From Bordetella parapertussis (lineage in GTDB: Bacteria; Pseudomonadota; Gammaproteobacteria; Burkholderiales; Burkholderiaceae_B), in contig CAMBFI010000010.1 of assembly GCA_945865935.1 (NCBI GenBank), forward strand, positions 96,271 to 128,270: DNA of 32,000 bases, given 5' to 3'. Of this stretch, positions 16,560-24,303 are shown one piece after another. Numbering within the stretch: the stretch's first letter is position 1; every line of letters starts with the position of its first letter. The notes beneath the pieces were generated by a model. The model was not told the DNA's origin. It worked only from the letters and a program-made list of their open reading frames with translations, and searched no databases. A program made the translations under genes and the position numbers.

Positions 16560-17534
16560 TTACTCAATCCGGATGTTGGCTTCTTTAATCAGCTTGGACC
16601 ACTTTGCGACTTCGCTCTGTATGAGCTTAGTGAATTCCTCCGGAGAGCTAGCAATAACTTCTACACCTTGATCATTAAAGCGCTTGGTGACATCAGGTTC
16701 GCGGAATATCTTTACGAGCTCACCGTTTACCTGTTTCACAATTGCTGGCGGTGTTCCTGCTGGCACTTGCATGCCAAACCAAACGTTTACCTCAAAGCCA
16801 GGCACGCCTGACTCTGCAACGGTTGGTGTGTCTGGCAGTAATGCTGTTCGCTTGGCCCCACTGACGCCGATCGCTATTACTGTTCCGGCGCGAACCTGTT
16901 GAATCACGTTTGGCACATTGTCAAACAACACATCGATCTCGCCGGCCATCAGCGCTGCGACTGCTGGTGCGCTGCCCTTGTAAGGGACGTGCGTGAGCTT
17001 GACACCCGTCATGTTCATAAACAGCTCCATCGACAGGTGATTCGAGGAGCCCGAGCCGGTCGAGCCGTAATTGAGTTTGCCTGGATTAGCCCGGGCGTAC
17101 TCGACGAGCTCTTTCGCATTCTTAATGTTCAGGCCTTTGCGAGTGACCAGAGCGTTTTGTGTAGAGCCCGCCCAGACTAAAGCTTGGAAATCCTTTAACG
17201 CGTCGTAGGGAAGCTTGTTGCCGTAAAGCCCGGGGAGAGCAGAGAAGGGTAGTGGCGTGATCAAGATGGTGTAGCCGTCTGCTGGCGATTTTGCGACGTA
17301 GCTATTGCCAATCGTTGTATTGCCACCAGGCTTGTTTTCCACCACGACCGATTGACTCCAGATCTTACCAAGCTTATCGCTGGAGATGCGAGCGAGTGTG
17401 TCGTTAAAGCCACCAGGTGGGTAGGGCACAACAATTTTGATAGTTTTGTTTGGATACTGCTGTGCAAAGCCGGTCGTCACAAGCGCGCATGCAAGGGTCG
17501 CACCGAGTAAAAGCTGTTTGAGTAATGCGTTCAT
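16560..17534 (-). CDS. Bug-family (TctC-like) tripartite tricarboxylate transporter substrate-binding protein
   Basis: Signal peptide, then QQYPNKTIKIVVPYPPGGFNDTLARI...VVENKPGGNTTIG...ADGYTILI, a textbook Bug/TctC N-terminus. No tctA or tctB is nearby. Confidence 0.92.
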   Translation of the reverse strand: MNALLKQLLLGATLACALVTTGFAQQYPNKTIKIVVPYPPGGFNDTLARISSDKLGKIWSQSVVVENKPGGNTTIGNSYVAKSPADGYTILITPLPFSALPGLYGNKLPYDALKDFQALVWAGSTQNALVTRKGLNIKNAKELVEYARANPGKLNYGSTGSGSSNHLSMELFMNMTGVKLTHVPYKGSAPAVAALMAGEIDVLFDNVPNVIQQVRAGTVIAIGVSGAKRTALLPDTPTVAESGVPGFEVNVWFGMQVPAGTPPAIVKQVNGELVKIFREPDVTKRFNDQGVEVIASSPEEFTKLIQSEVAKWSKLIKEANIRIE

Positions 17535-17582
17535 CTATGTCTCCGTTTGAATTATTAGGTATTTGATTACAAGGTATCGCAA

Positions 17583-18731
17583 TTAAAACTTCACAACATA
17601 GCCAGGACCATCAATCAGAGGATATTTTGCAAAAATTGACTCGTCGACTTCAATCCCAATCCCGGGTTTGTCGAGCGGCTCAACGCAGCCATCCTGTCCA
17701 ATTTCAAAACTTACGCCAAACATATCGCGTAGCGGGTTGTAGTGCGACACGCAGGCTTCAAAATATTGCGTGTTCTCAATCGCTGATGCGAAATGAATCG
17801 TTGCTGCGTGGTTCAACCCTGTCGCTGAGCTGTGCGTGTTCATAGGAATACGATGTGCCGAGGCCAAGGCTGCGATCGCCAGACCCTCTGTTATCCCGCC
17901 GCACTTGGACAAGTCTGGTTGCCAGATTCGAATGGAACCCGCTTCGAGCAGTTGTGCGAATTCAAAGCGTGTGTAATGATTTTCACCTGCGGCGATGGGT
18001 ACGAGCGAGGTGATCTTGGCGGCCTCACGATATGAAGCAAAGTCGCTACAGGCAAAAGGCTCTTCGAGCCAGCCCGCTTTAATTTCTGCGAGCACAGGTA
18101 AGACACGACGTACATCTGCAATGGTGTAGGCCGTGTTTGCATCGGTCAGGATGTCGATGTCGTCACCGAGCACTTTGCGCACATGCAAGACACGCTCAAT
18201 ATCTTTTGCTGCAGTATCGCCTAGGCGAAGCTTCACGGCTTTATAACCACGCGCGACGTATTCCTGCGCTTCTTCGGCGAGCGATTCTTTTGGTTGATAA
18301 CCTAGTGAGATGCCGCCCGCATAGGCAGGTAAGCGACGCTTGCTGCCGCCAAGCAGTTCATACAGCGGCATATTGGCGGCTTTACCGCGGATATCCCACA
18401 GCGCCATGTCGATACCCGCGAGCCCTAACGAGGCGCCAGAGCCCACACCGTGACTCGACAACTGCATGCGATGTACGCGCTTCCAGACACCCACGCAGTC
18501 TGTTGCCTTCATGCCTATCAGCATGGGGGCGAGGGTGTTGTGGATCAGACTGACGACAGCGCCTGGACTGCGACCAGGATGCGCCTCACCGTAGCCTGTA
18601 ATGCCCTCTGAGGTCTCAACCTTAACAATGATGGCGTCACGTTTGGTCGTGCTGCCGATGCCCATCGTTACTGTTTTGCCCTGATCTAGGCGGAAGGACA
18701 ATGGAATAGCGGTAATCGCAGTAATTTTCAC
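17583..18731 (-). CDS. Enolase-superfamily enzyme (mandelate racemase / muconate lactonizing enzyme family; acid-sugar dehydratase or cycloisomerase-like), substrate unknown
   Basis: 382 aa. Strand-2 motif is YKAVKLRLG. Metal ligands lie in ILTDAN, WLEEP and AAGEN. Also present: QPDLSKCGGIT and a C-terminal NTHS. Confidence 0.9.
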   Translation of the reverse strand: MKITAITAIPLSFRLDQGKTVTMGIGSTTKRDAIIVKVETSEGITGYGEAHPGRSPGAVVSLIHNTLAPMLIGMKATDCVGVWKRVHRMQLSSHGVGSGASLGLAGIDMALWDIRGKAANMPLYELLGGSKRRLPAYAGGISLGYQPKESLAEEAQEYVARGYKAVKLRLGDTAAKDIERVLHVRKVLGDDIDILTDANTAYTIADVRRVLPVLAEIKAGWLEEPFACSDFASYREAAKITSLVPIAAGENHYTRFEFAQLLEAGSIRIWQPDLSKCGGITEGLAIAALASAHRIPMNTHSSATGLNHAATIHFASAIENTQYFEACVSHYNPLRDMFGVSFEIGQDGCVEPLDKPGIGIEVDESIFAKYPLIDGPGYVVKF

Positions 18732-18940
18732 GGCTTGTCTCGAATAGGTGTTATTTGAGGTGAATTATGGCCGATTTTTGTTGGAATGGCTTGCTTGAGG
18801 CCGAGTTCTCTGTCCTGAGTGCGAGTGCTTTGTAAATGTTTGTAAGAGTTGGAGCCTCCATATTGCGTTTGGTACTTGGTTCGTTCAGAGTAGAAGCTTC
18901 AGAAAATCATCTCTGAAATTTATTTTGAGAAGGGGTTGTG

Positions 18941-19495
18941 ATGGTTGTTTTGCGCAGGCATGAGCAGTATGCGACAAAGACTGATTTTAGAGTGCTTAGT
19001 CATGGAGTGAAGACACAGCTCGATCAGCTTGAGGGAAAGACCGACCGTTTAGAAACAAAGACGGATCGCCTGGAGAAGAAGACGGATCGACTAGAGGCCA
19101 ATACTAGTCGTCTTGAAATGAAGACAGATCGTCTCGAAGCGAAAGTCGATCATCTTGATGAGAAGGTCGACCACCTGAAAGTGAAGGTGGGTCATCTAGA
19201 CGTGAAGGTAGGTCATCTAGACATGAAGGTAGGTCATCTAGAAGTGAAGGTAGATCACCTCGGGGAGAGAATCTCTCAGTTTGAAGTCAAAGTGACATCT
19301 GACCTTATCGGCCTAAAGGGCGCGATGACGATCAACGCGGATGAATGCAAAAGTGAAATTTCCAAATTACGCGCTGATGTTGCGGTTCTAACCAATTCAC
19401 ATAAGTACGTTCTTTGGATTGGGGGCGGACTCGCCACCATGTGCATGAGTGTCTTTGGGCTGTGTATTTCAATACTTTGGCCGTCTCTTCGGTGA
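18941..19495 (+). CDS. Hypothetical tail-anchored membrane protein with 11 consecutive heptad repeats (coiled-coil stalk) and one C-terminal TM helix
   Basis: RBS GAGAAGGGG lies upstream of GTG 18938 / ATG 18941. The repeats read KTDRLET KTDRLEK KTDRLEA NTSRLEM KTDRLEA KVDHLDE KVDHLKV KVGHLDV KVGHLDM KVGHLEV KVDHLGE, followed by the hydrophobic C-terminus YVLWIGGGLATMCMSVFGLCISILWPSLR. The topology resembles XhlA/DUF1640-type proteins, but I have not recognised a family. Confidence 0.7.
   Translation: MVVLRRHEQYATKTDFRVLSHGVKTQLDQLEGKTDRLETKTDRLEKKTDRLEANTSRLEMKTDRLEAKVDHLDEKVDHLKVKVGHLDVKVGHLDMKVGHLEVKVDHLGERISQFEVKVTSDLIGLKGAMTINADECKSEISKLRADVAVLTNSHKYVLWIGGGLATMCMSVFGLCISILWPSLR
19037..19267 (+). 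repeat. In-frame 21-bp tandem repeat array (11 units) encoding the heptads. Units at 19181-19243 are nearly identical.
   Basis: Read directly: gtgaaggtgggtcatctagac (19181-19201), gtgaaggtaggtcatctagac (19202-19222), atgaaggtaggtcatctagaa (19223-19243). Earlier units (aagacggatcgcctggagaag and similar) are more diverged. Confidence 0.9.
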
Positions 19496-19565
19496 TCGCC
19501 TGATTCCGAGCGGCAGACCAGTGGCGAGTCACCATTAAAATACGAACTTTCCCAGGCGACAGCAA

Positions 19566-19604
19566 TCAAAAAGGCCACACAGCATTTATTCAGTGCTGGT
19601 GGCC
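19566..19604 (-). terminator. Rho-independent terminator for the phytase-like gene, located between convergent genes
   Basis: Hairpin GGCCAC(a)CAGCA-tttattcag-TGCTGGTGGCC, an 11-bp stem with one bulge (19573-19604). On the minus strand it is followed directly by TTTTTGA (19572-19566). It lies 30 nt after the stop at 19634. The plus-strand side has only an A-tract, so it is at best a weak bidirectional terminator. Confidence 0.65.
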
Positions 19605-19633
19605 TCAAAAATATTAATACTGGGTAGTTGAAA

Positions 19634-20998
19634 TTATTTTGCTTTCAGAAGGGCTTCAACTTCGAGCAATACTAATTCATTGTCGTCGGCCTTGTTGGGA
19701 TCACGGCTGCTCGAGAAGGGCAGGTTATTGTCGTTACCAACAACGATGTGACGGGAATCGACGATGTCGACGTTTTCAATGGTGAAAAAAGGAAAGGTGA
19801 GAACCTCGCCGTTGAGTGGTTTCTTCGATTTCTTTTGTGGATCTTGAATTTTCATCAAGTCGATGAAACCAATTTTTCGGACAGGTCCACCTACATTAGC
19901 GTCGTTGAGTTCAACTTTATACACACGCTTGAACTTGGCTAGGTCATGAAAACAATCGGTACGGCGTTGACCTGTTGGGCACGCTTTGTCCTGTGTGCCT
20001 TCGCCATTGTCACGCTCAATAATCAAGCCTGTGTTGGCATCCATCATGTTGAAGTCACCAATGGCATGGTGGTTGCCTTCCATGACATATTTCCAATGAC
20101 GGCCAGTCCATTTGTTAGCTTTGACGTCGAACTCAACAATACGCAAGTATTGTTTCCCGTCGACGTTTTCATAGGACTTTGTCGTTTCGTCCCAGAGTGC
20201 GCCTTCAAACAATGGATACAGCATGCTTGCGTCGTTGGAAACGGCCATCCCCTCATACCCTTTGGAGCGGCGCAACTGAAACGCGACCAAATCTGTTGGG
20301 GTATTAGGTGCTACGACAGAAAAATGATCGGGTGATTTAATCAATTTTCCGTCGACTAAAGTTTCAATAATTTCAACAACCTTACCATTCATGTCTGCTT
20401 TGATCAGGTAGGGTCCAAACTCTTCACCAATCCACAAAAAACCGCCCGCAAATTGAAATGATTCTGGGTCAAAATCAGCACCCGTTAAGTAACGCTTGTC
20501 GGTCGCCTCATGCACAATTCTGAAAGGTACTTTTTTATCGGGATCGTGTAAGAAAATTGTTTTCTGCACATCTGCTGCGCCCGTTGCAAAGTCTATTTTG
20601 TAATGACTCAAATACAGCATAAAGTCAGGCGAATTGGCCTTTGAGCCGGCACCGTTATCCGTCAAGATCCAATAGGTTCCATCGGGCATTTTTTTAATAC
20701 CTGAATGTCCTTGAATGGGTTGACCTTGAAAGGGGAGCTTCACACCCGTTGGGCGACCACCTGACTGACCTTCGATGGATCCCATGGTTTCTACACGCTT
20801 ACCGGTTGTGAATTTGCCGGAGGTTTGCAAGCTGGAGGGCGCATCTGCGGGTGCTTTGATAAAGGTCGATGCAGGAATCACGACATGGCCTGACAACGTA
20901 GCTGGGAATTCTGTTTGTGCTTGAACGGCTGTTGCACAGCATGCTGACAGCGCCATGATCGCAAGCGAATACACGGATTTTTTTGAAAGATGAAACAT
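19634..20998 (-). CDS. Secreted 'esterase-like activity of phytase' (Phytase-like domain) family protein
   Basis: The track ORF runs to 21049. I prefer ATG 20998, which gives a signal peptide (MFHLSKKSVYSLAIMALSACCATAVQAQ). Stretches such as GHSGIKKMPDGTYWILTDNGAGSK and VVGNDNNLPFSS match my recollection of the Phytase-like beta-propeller family. The family call has moderate certainty. Confidence 0.72.
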   Translation of the reverse strand: MFHLSKKSVYSLAIMALSACCATAVQAQTEFPATLSGHVVIPASTFIKAPADAPSSLQTSGKFTTGKRVETMGSIEGQSGGRPTGVKLPFQGQPIQGHSGIKKMPDGTYWILTDNGAGSKANSPDFMLYLSHYKIDFATGAADVQKTIFLHDPDKKVPFRIVHEATDKRYLTGADFDPESFQFAGGFLWIGEEFGPYLIKADMNGKVVEIIETLVDGKLIKSPDHFSVVAPNTPTDLVAFQLRRSKGYEGMAVSNDASMLYPLFEGALWDETTKSYENVDGKQYLRIVEFDVKANKWTGRHWKYVMEGNHHAIGDFNMMDANTGLIIERDNGEGTQDKACPTGQRRTDCFHDLAKFKRVYKVELNDANVGGPVRKIGFIDLMKIQDPQKKSKKPLNGEVLTFPFFTIENVDIVDSRHIVVGNDNNLPFSSSRDPNKADDNELVLLEVEALLKAK

Positions 20999-21215
20999 GA
21001 AGAATCCTTGATGTTTGAAGACGTCAGCCGACATGACTGATGACCGCAAATCTAATCTTCAATTGTTTCTATTTTTTTACTAAAGGAACACCCGTCTATT
21101 GCTGCAAAATATCCTTTAGCGATGACGCGCTGTCTGCCAAACTTTCACCATTTGCCGCGCACAGGTTTTGCGGGCCTAATGCAACATCTCCTCAGGCGCT
21201 GGAATGTACAGCACA

Positions 21216-21926
21216 CTATGTGGTGCCCAATTCGAAACGTTCTACGCAACGAAAGTCACCGTTCTGTTCGTCTTGAGAAAACCAAGTGACAGCATCGATA
21301 TCAAGACCCTGCTCTAACAAGGGGGCAAACCATTCATGGGCTGCCGCTTTCAAAGCTTCTTTTACTTTTGGCGCGACATTTTTTAATGACTCTGAAAGCG
21401 TCAGGTGAAACTGAAATTGCTCGAAGACATAGGGATAGGTCCAGGTGTGAAGCAGCTCAGTTTGTCTGGCCGTCAAGCCTGCGCCCGTTCTTCTTTTAAG
21501 TTCAGCGTCCGACAACGGCAGGACGAGCGTGTGCAAGCCTCGCACGCAATCCTCTGCAAGCTGCTGCAATGCTGGGCTGGGTTGTGAGGGTACCAGTGCT
21601 AGAAAATCACCCATTTCGACTAATTTCAAGGGCAGATGAAAGGCGTTTACCGTGTTAAGTGCCAAGTGACTAAAGGCCGGCTGCAGTGATTCAAGCGTTG
21701 CGTTTGAATTTAGTTCAAAAGGTGCTTTTAACGTGGCATGCCAACCATACAGCCTGGGTGTGCGTGTCAATGTTTCAAATAGTTCAGCACCTACGTCTTC
21801 AAACTGCGGCTGCTTAAGCGGTGTTAATTGGTATGCGCAGCGCCCCAGCCATTGAGAGCCAAGCTCCCAAGCTTGCGATTGCAGTGCAGGCGCGAAATAA
21901 GCCGCGTGACGAAAGGGTGTGGACAT
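21216..21926 (-). CDS. DUF1045 / putative phosphonate-metabolism 2H phosphoesterase (proposed PhnP substitute, 'PhnPP')
   Basis: N-terminus RHAAYFAP...WLGRCAY and two H-x-T/S motifs (GWHATLKAPF and FQFHLTLSE) define a 2H phosphoesterase of the DUF1045 type. It is divergent from phnG. The start is either ATG 21926 or TTG 21947, and neither has a good SD. Confidence 0.83.
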   Translation of the reverse strand: MSTPFRHAAYFAPALQSQAWELGSQWLGRCAYQLTPLKQPQFEDVGAELFETLTRTPRLYGWHATLKAPFELNSNATLESLQPAFSHLALNTVNAFHLPLKLVEMGDFLALVPSQPSPALQQLAEDCVRGLHTLVLPLSDAELKRRTGAGLTARQTELLHTWTYPYVFEQFQFHLTLSESLKNVAPKVKEALKAAAHEWFAPLLEQGLDIDAVTWFSQDEQNGDFRCVERFELGTT

Positions 21927-22038
21927 AAGGGGAGGTACTTCTGACAAAAAGTTGGTGAGTCACGAATTTGAAATTTTACTTTTATAAGATCATTAATTGA
22001 TTTATTGAATGAATTAACACACACAAAGTATTCAAACA

Positions 22039-22566
22039 ATGTTGCGCAGTGATTACACCCCCCCCGTCGAGGACTTGCCACCAGCTTTGATCGCCAGGCA
22101 AGCATGGATGGCGCTTTTGGCGAGGGCACCTGAGGATTTGTTAGAGCAACACTTAGCCAGCCACTGCTTAGGCAATCTGGAGTGGCTCCGCCCCGCTGAG
22201 ACCGGCCTCATGATGGTGCAGGGCCGTGCGGGTGGCGCAGGATCGCGCTTTAATTTGGGCGAGGTCAGCCTCACGCGCTGTGTATTGAAACCCGATGTGC
22301 AACTCACGCATTGCCAACAAGTCGGTGTTGCGTATGTCATGGGTAGTTCGCACCGGCATGCCCAGCTTGCGGCGGTGGCCGATGCACTGTTACAAGAACC
22401 CGCCTTGCATGACCATTGGGATCAATTGCTACTGCGTCCCCTGAGTCAATTGTTGTCTGAGCAAAAGCAAGAAAATAATGCGCAGGCGCAAGCGACAAAA
22501 GTAGAGTTTTTCACGGTGGCGCGTGAAGCTGGTCAAGATTCCCCAGAAGAAGGTCAAGACACGTGA
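22039..22566 (+). CDS. phnG: C-P lyase core complex subunit PhnG
   Basis: ARQAWMALLARAP...LRPAETGLMMVQGRAGGAGSRFNLGEVSLTRC is PhnG-like. It is the first gene of the phnGHIJKLM run. Confidence 0.9.
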   Translation: MLRSDYTPPVEDLPPALIARQAWMALLARAPEDLLEQHLASHCLGNLEWLRPAETGLMMVQGRAGGAGSRFNLGEVSLTRCVLKPDVQLTHCQQVGVAYVMGSSHRHAQLAAVADALLQEPALHDHWDQLLLRPLSQLLSEQKQENNAQAQATKVEFFTVAREAGQDSPEEGQDT

Positions 22567-23204
22567 CACAGCCGTCCCTGATACAGCCATCCCTCAAAGA
22601 TATCGGGCGGGGATTTTCTAATCCCACGTTGTGCAGTCAGGCCGTATTTCGCCAAGCCTTAGAAGCATTGTCTTTGCCAGGCCAGCCGCAGGCGCTTGAC
22701 CTGAGCTTATCCAAGCCCGCGATCCAAGTCCCCCAGCATGCGCATGCGGCAGCCGCCGCTTTATTGCTGGCTTTGTTGGATCAAGACTGCAAGGTGTGGC
22801 TGTCTGAGGGTTTTGCCAGCAGCCATGCGGGACCTTGGCTGAGGTTTCACACGGGTTGCCTAGTGGTCACTGCGCCCGGACAGGCGGATTTTGTGTGGGT
22901 GGCCGATGCCAAGGAGCTGCCAGCTTTAGAACATTTGGCGCAGGGAAATGCCCAGTACCCAGAGCTGTCTGCCACCTGTGTCGTGCAAGTGATGGACGTG
23001 GATACTGCACCCACCGCAGAGGCTTGGACGCTCAGTGGTCCCGGCGTCAACGGCACGCGCCCTTTAACCTTGAAGGGCCTGTCCGAGGGTTTTGTCTCCG
23101 CGCGCCGCGCTAGCCAGGTCCATGCACCCTGTGGTCTTGACTTTTTCTTCACCCACAACGACACCTTGATTGGTTTGCCCCGATCAACCCAAGTGAAGGA
23201 CTGA
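22563..23204 (+). CDS. phnH: C-P lyase core complex subunit PhnH
   Basis: SQAVFRQALEALSLPGQ and the C-terminal GLDFFFTHNDTLIGLPRST are PhnH-like. Its GTG start overlaps the phnG stop (GTGA). Confidence 0.88.
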   Translation: MTQPSLIQPSLKDIGRGFSNPTLCSQAVFRQALEALSLPGQPQALDLSLSKPAIQVPQHAHAAAAALLLALLDQDCKVWLSEGFASSHAGPWLRFHTGCLVVTAPGQADFVWVADAKELPALEHLAQGNAQYPELSATCVVQVMDVDTAPTAEAWTLSGPGVNGTRPLTLKGLSEGFVSARRASQVHAPCGLDFFFTHNDTLIGLPRSTQVKD

Positions 23205-23208
23205 ATCC

Positions 23209-24303
23209 ATGTATGTTGCTGTCAAAGGGGGCGAAGCCGCCATCCTCAATAGTTATGACTTGCTCGCGCAGCAGCGTCGTGGCGATCCTGAGGTGCCAGA
23301 GCTCAGCGTGGCGCAAATTCGTCAGCAGTTGCGTTTGAGCGTTGACCGTGTGATGACAGAGGGTTCTGTTTACGACCCAGACTTAGCGGCCTTGGCCATT
23401 AAGCAAAGCGCTGGCGATTTGGTAGAAGCTATCTTTTTGTTGCGTGCCTATCGTGCCACCTTGCCGAGGCTGGGATATACCCAACCGCTAGACACTGCAG
23501 GCATGCAGATTGCGCGCCGCATCTCGGCCGCTTTTAAAGACCTGCCGGGCGGCCAGGTGTTGGGTCCGACATACGACTACACCCAGCGCTTGTTAGACTT
23601 CAGTTTGCTGGCCACGGGTCAGTCTGCTCCGGTGGCGCGCAAAGGCCAGGTCAATCGCGAGGCCACACCCAGAGTGGTTGATTTGCTCAACCACGAAAGT
23701 TTGCTCGAGGGGCAATTGCCAGAGGAGGGCGATCCTGACCCCTTTGATTTAACGCGACAGCCTGTGCGGTTTCCTGCCAATCGGTCCGCCAGACTTCAAA
23801 ATTTGGCGCGTGCCGACGAAGGCTTTTTATTGGCGATGGCCTATTCCACGCAGCGTGGGTATTCTGGATCACATCCCTTTGTGGGTGAGATTCGTTTTGG
23901 CACGGTCGATGTGTGCATCGTGCCAGAAGAACTTGGCTTTGAGATATCCGTGGGTGATTTGCCCGTCACGGAATGTCAAATGATCAATCAATTTCAAGGC
24001 AGTCAAACGCAACCGCCACAGTTTACGCGGGGCTATGGTTTGGCCTTTGGTCATAGCGAACGCAAAGCCATGGCCATGGCCTTGGTGGATCGTGCCCTCA
24101 GAGCGGACGAGTTGGGCGAGGCCGTCGTTGCGCCTGCGCAGATGCAAGAATTTGTCATGTCACACAGTGACAACTTGGAAAGCTCGGGCTTTGTGCAGCA
24201 TTTGAAATTGCCGCACTACGTCGACTTTCAAGCCGAATTAGAGTTGGTCAGGAAAATGCGACAGTCACATGTCTTGCCTCGGGATGACCATGTTGCAGAA
24301 TGA
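23209..24303 (+). CDS. phnI: C-P lyase subunit PhnI (alpha-D-ribose 1-methylphosphonate 5-triphosphate synthase)
   Basis: MYVAVKGGEAAILNSYDLLAQQRRGD... is the canonical PhnI N-terminus. RBS GAAGGA lies upstream. Confidence 0.93.
   Translation: MYVAVKGGEAAILNSYDLLAQQRRGDPEVPELSVAQIRQQLRLSVDRVMTEGSVYDPDLAALAIKQSAGDLVEAIFLLRAYRATLPRLGYTQPLDTAGMQIARRISAAFKDLPGGQVLGPTYDYTQRLLDFSLLATGQSAPVARKGQVNREATPRVVDLLNHESLLEGQLPEEGDPDPFDLTRQPVRFPANRSARLQNLARADEGFLLAMAYSTQRGYSGSHPFVGEIRFGTVDVCIVPEELGFEISVGDLPVTECQMINQFQGSQTQPPQFTRGYGLAFGHSERKAMAMALVDRALRADELGEAVVAPAQMQEFVMSHSDNLESSGFVQHLKLPHYVDFQAELELVRKMRQSHVLPRDDHVAE

Noticed and set aside
19037-19267. Regular 21-bp repeat array, considered as a possible CRISPR or minisatellite.
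   Set aside because: The units are directly adjacent with no spacers. The period is exactly 7 codons and in frame within an ORF that has an RBS and a TM tail. It is a coding heptad repeat, not a CRISPR array.
21130-21148. Pho-box-like CTGTCTG-ccaaa-CTTTCAC between the DUF1045 and phytase-like genes.
   Set aside because: The repeat period is 12 nt rather than 11. It also lies on the plus strand and so points away from the minus-strand gene it would need to activate. This is probably chance.
18732-21215. Possible genomic island (lower G+C in the heptad-repeat and phytase-like genes).
   Set aside because: There are no flanking direct repeats, tRNA, integrase or IS remnants. Spot counts also show that parts of phnD are similarly AT-rich. 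A composition difference alone is insufficient, so it is mentioned only as a hint under the phytase-like finding.
21993-22017. Imperfect inverted repeat TTAATTGA-N9-TGAATTAA in the DUF1045/phnG divergent promoter region.
   Set aside because: The region is very AT-rich, so an 8-bp AT-only imperfect palindrome is expected by chance. No cognate regulator gene is nearby, and I could not find a Pho box there either.
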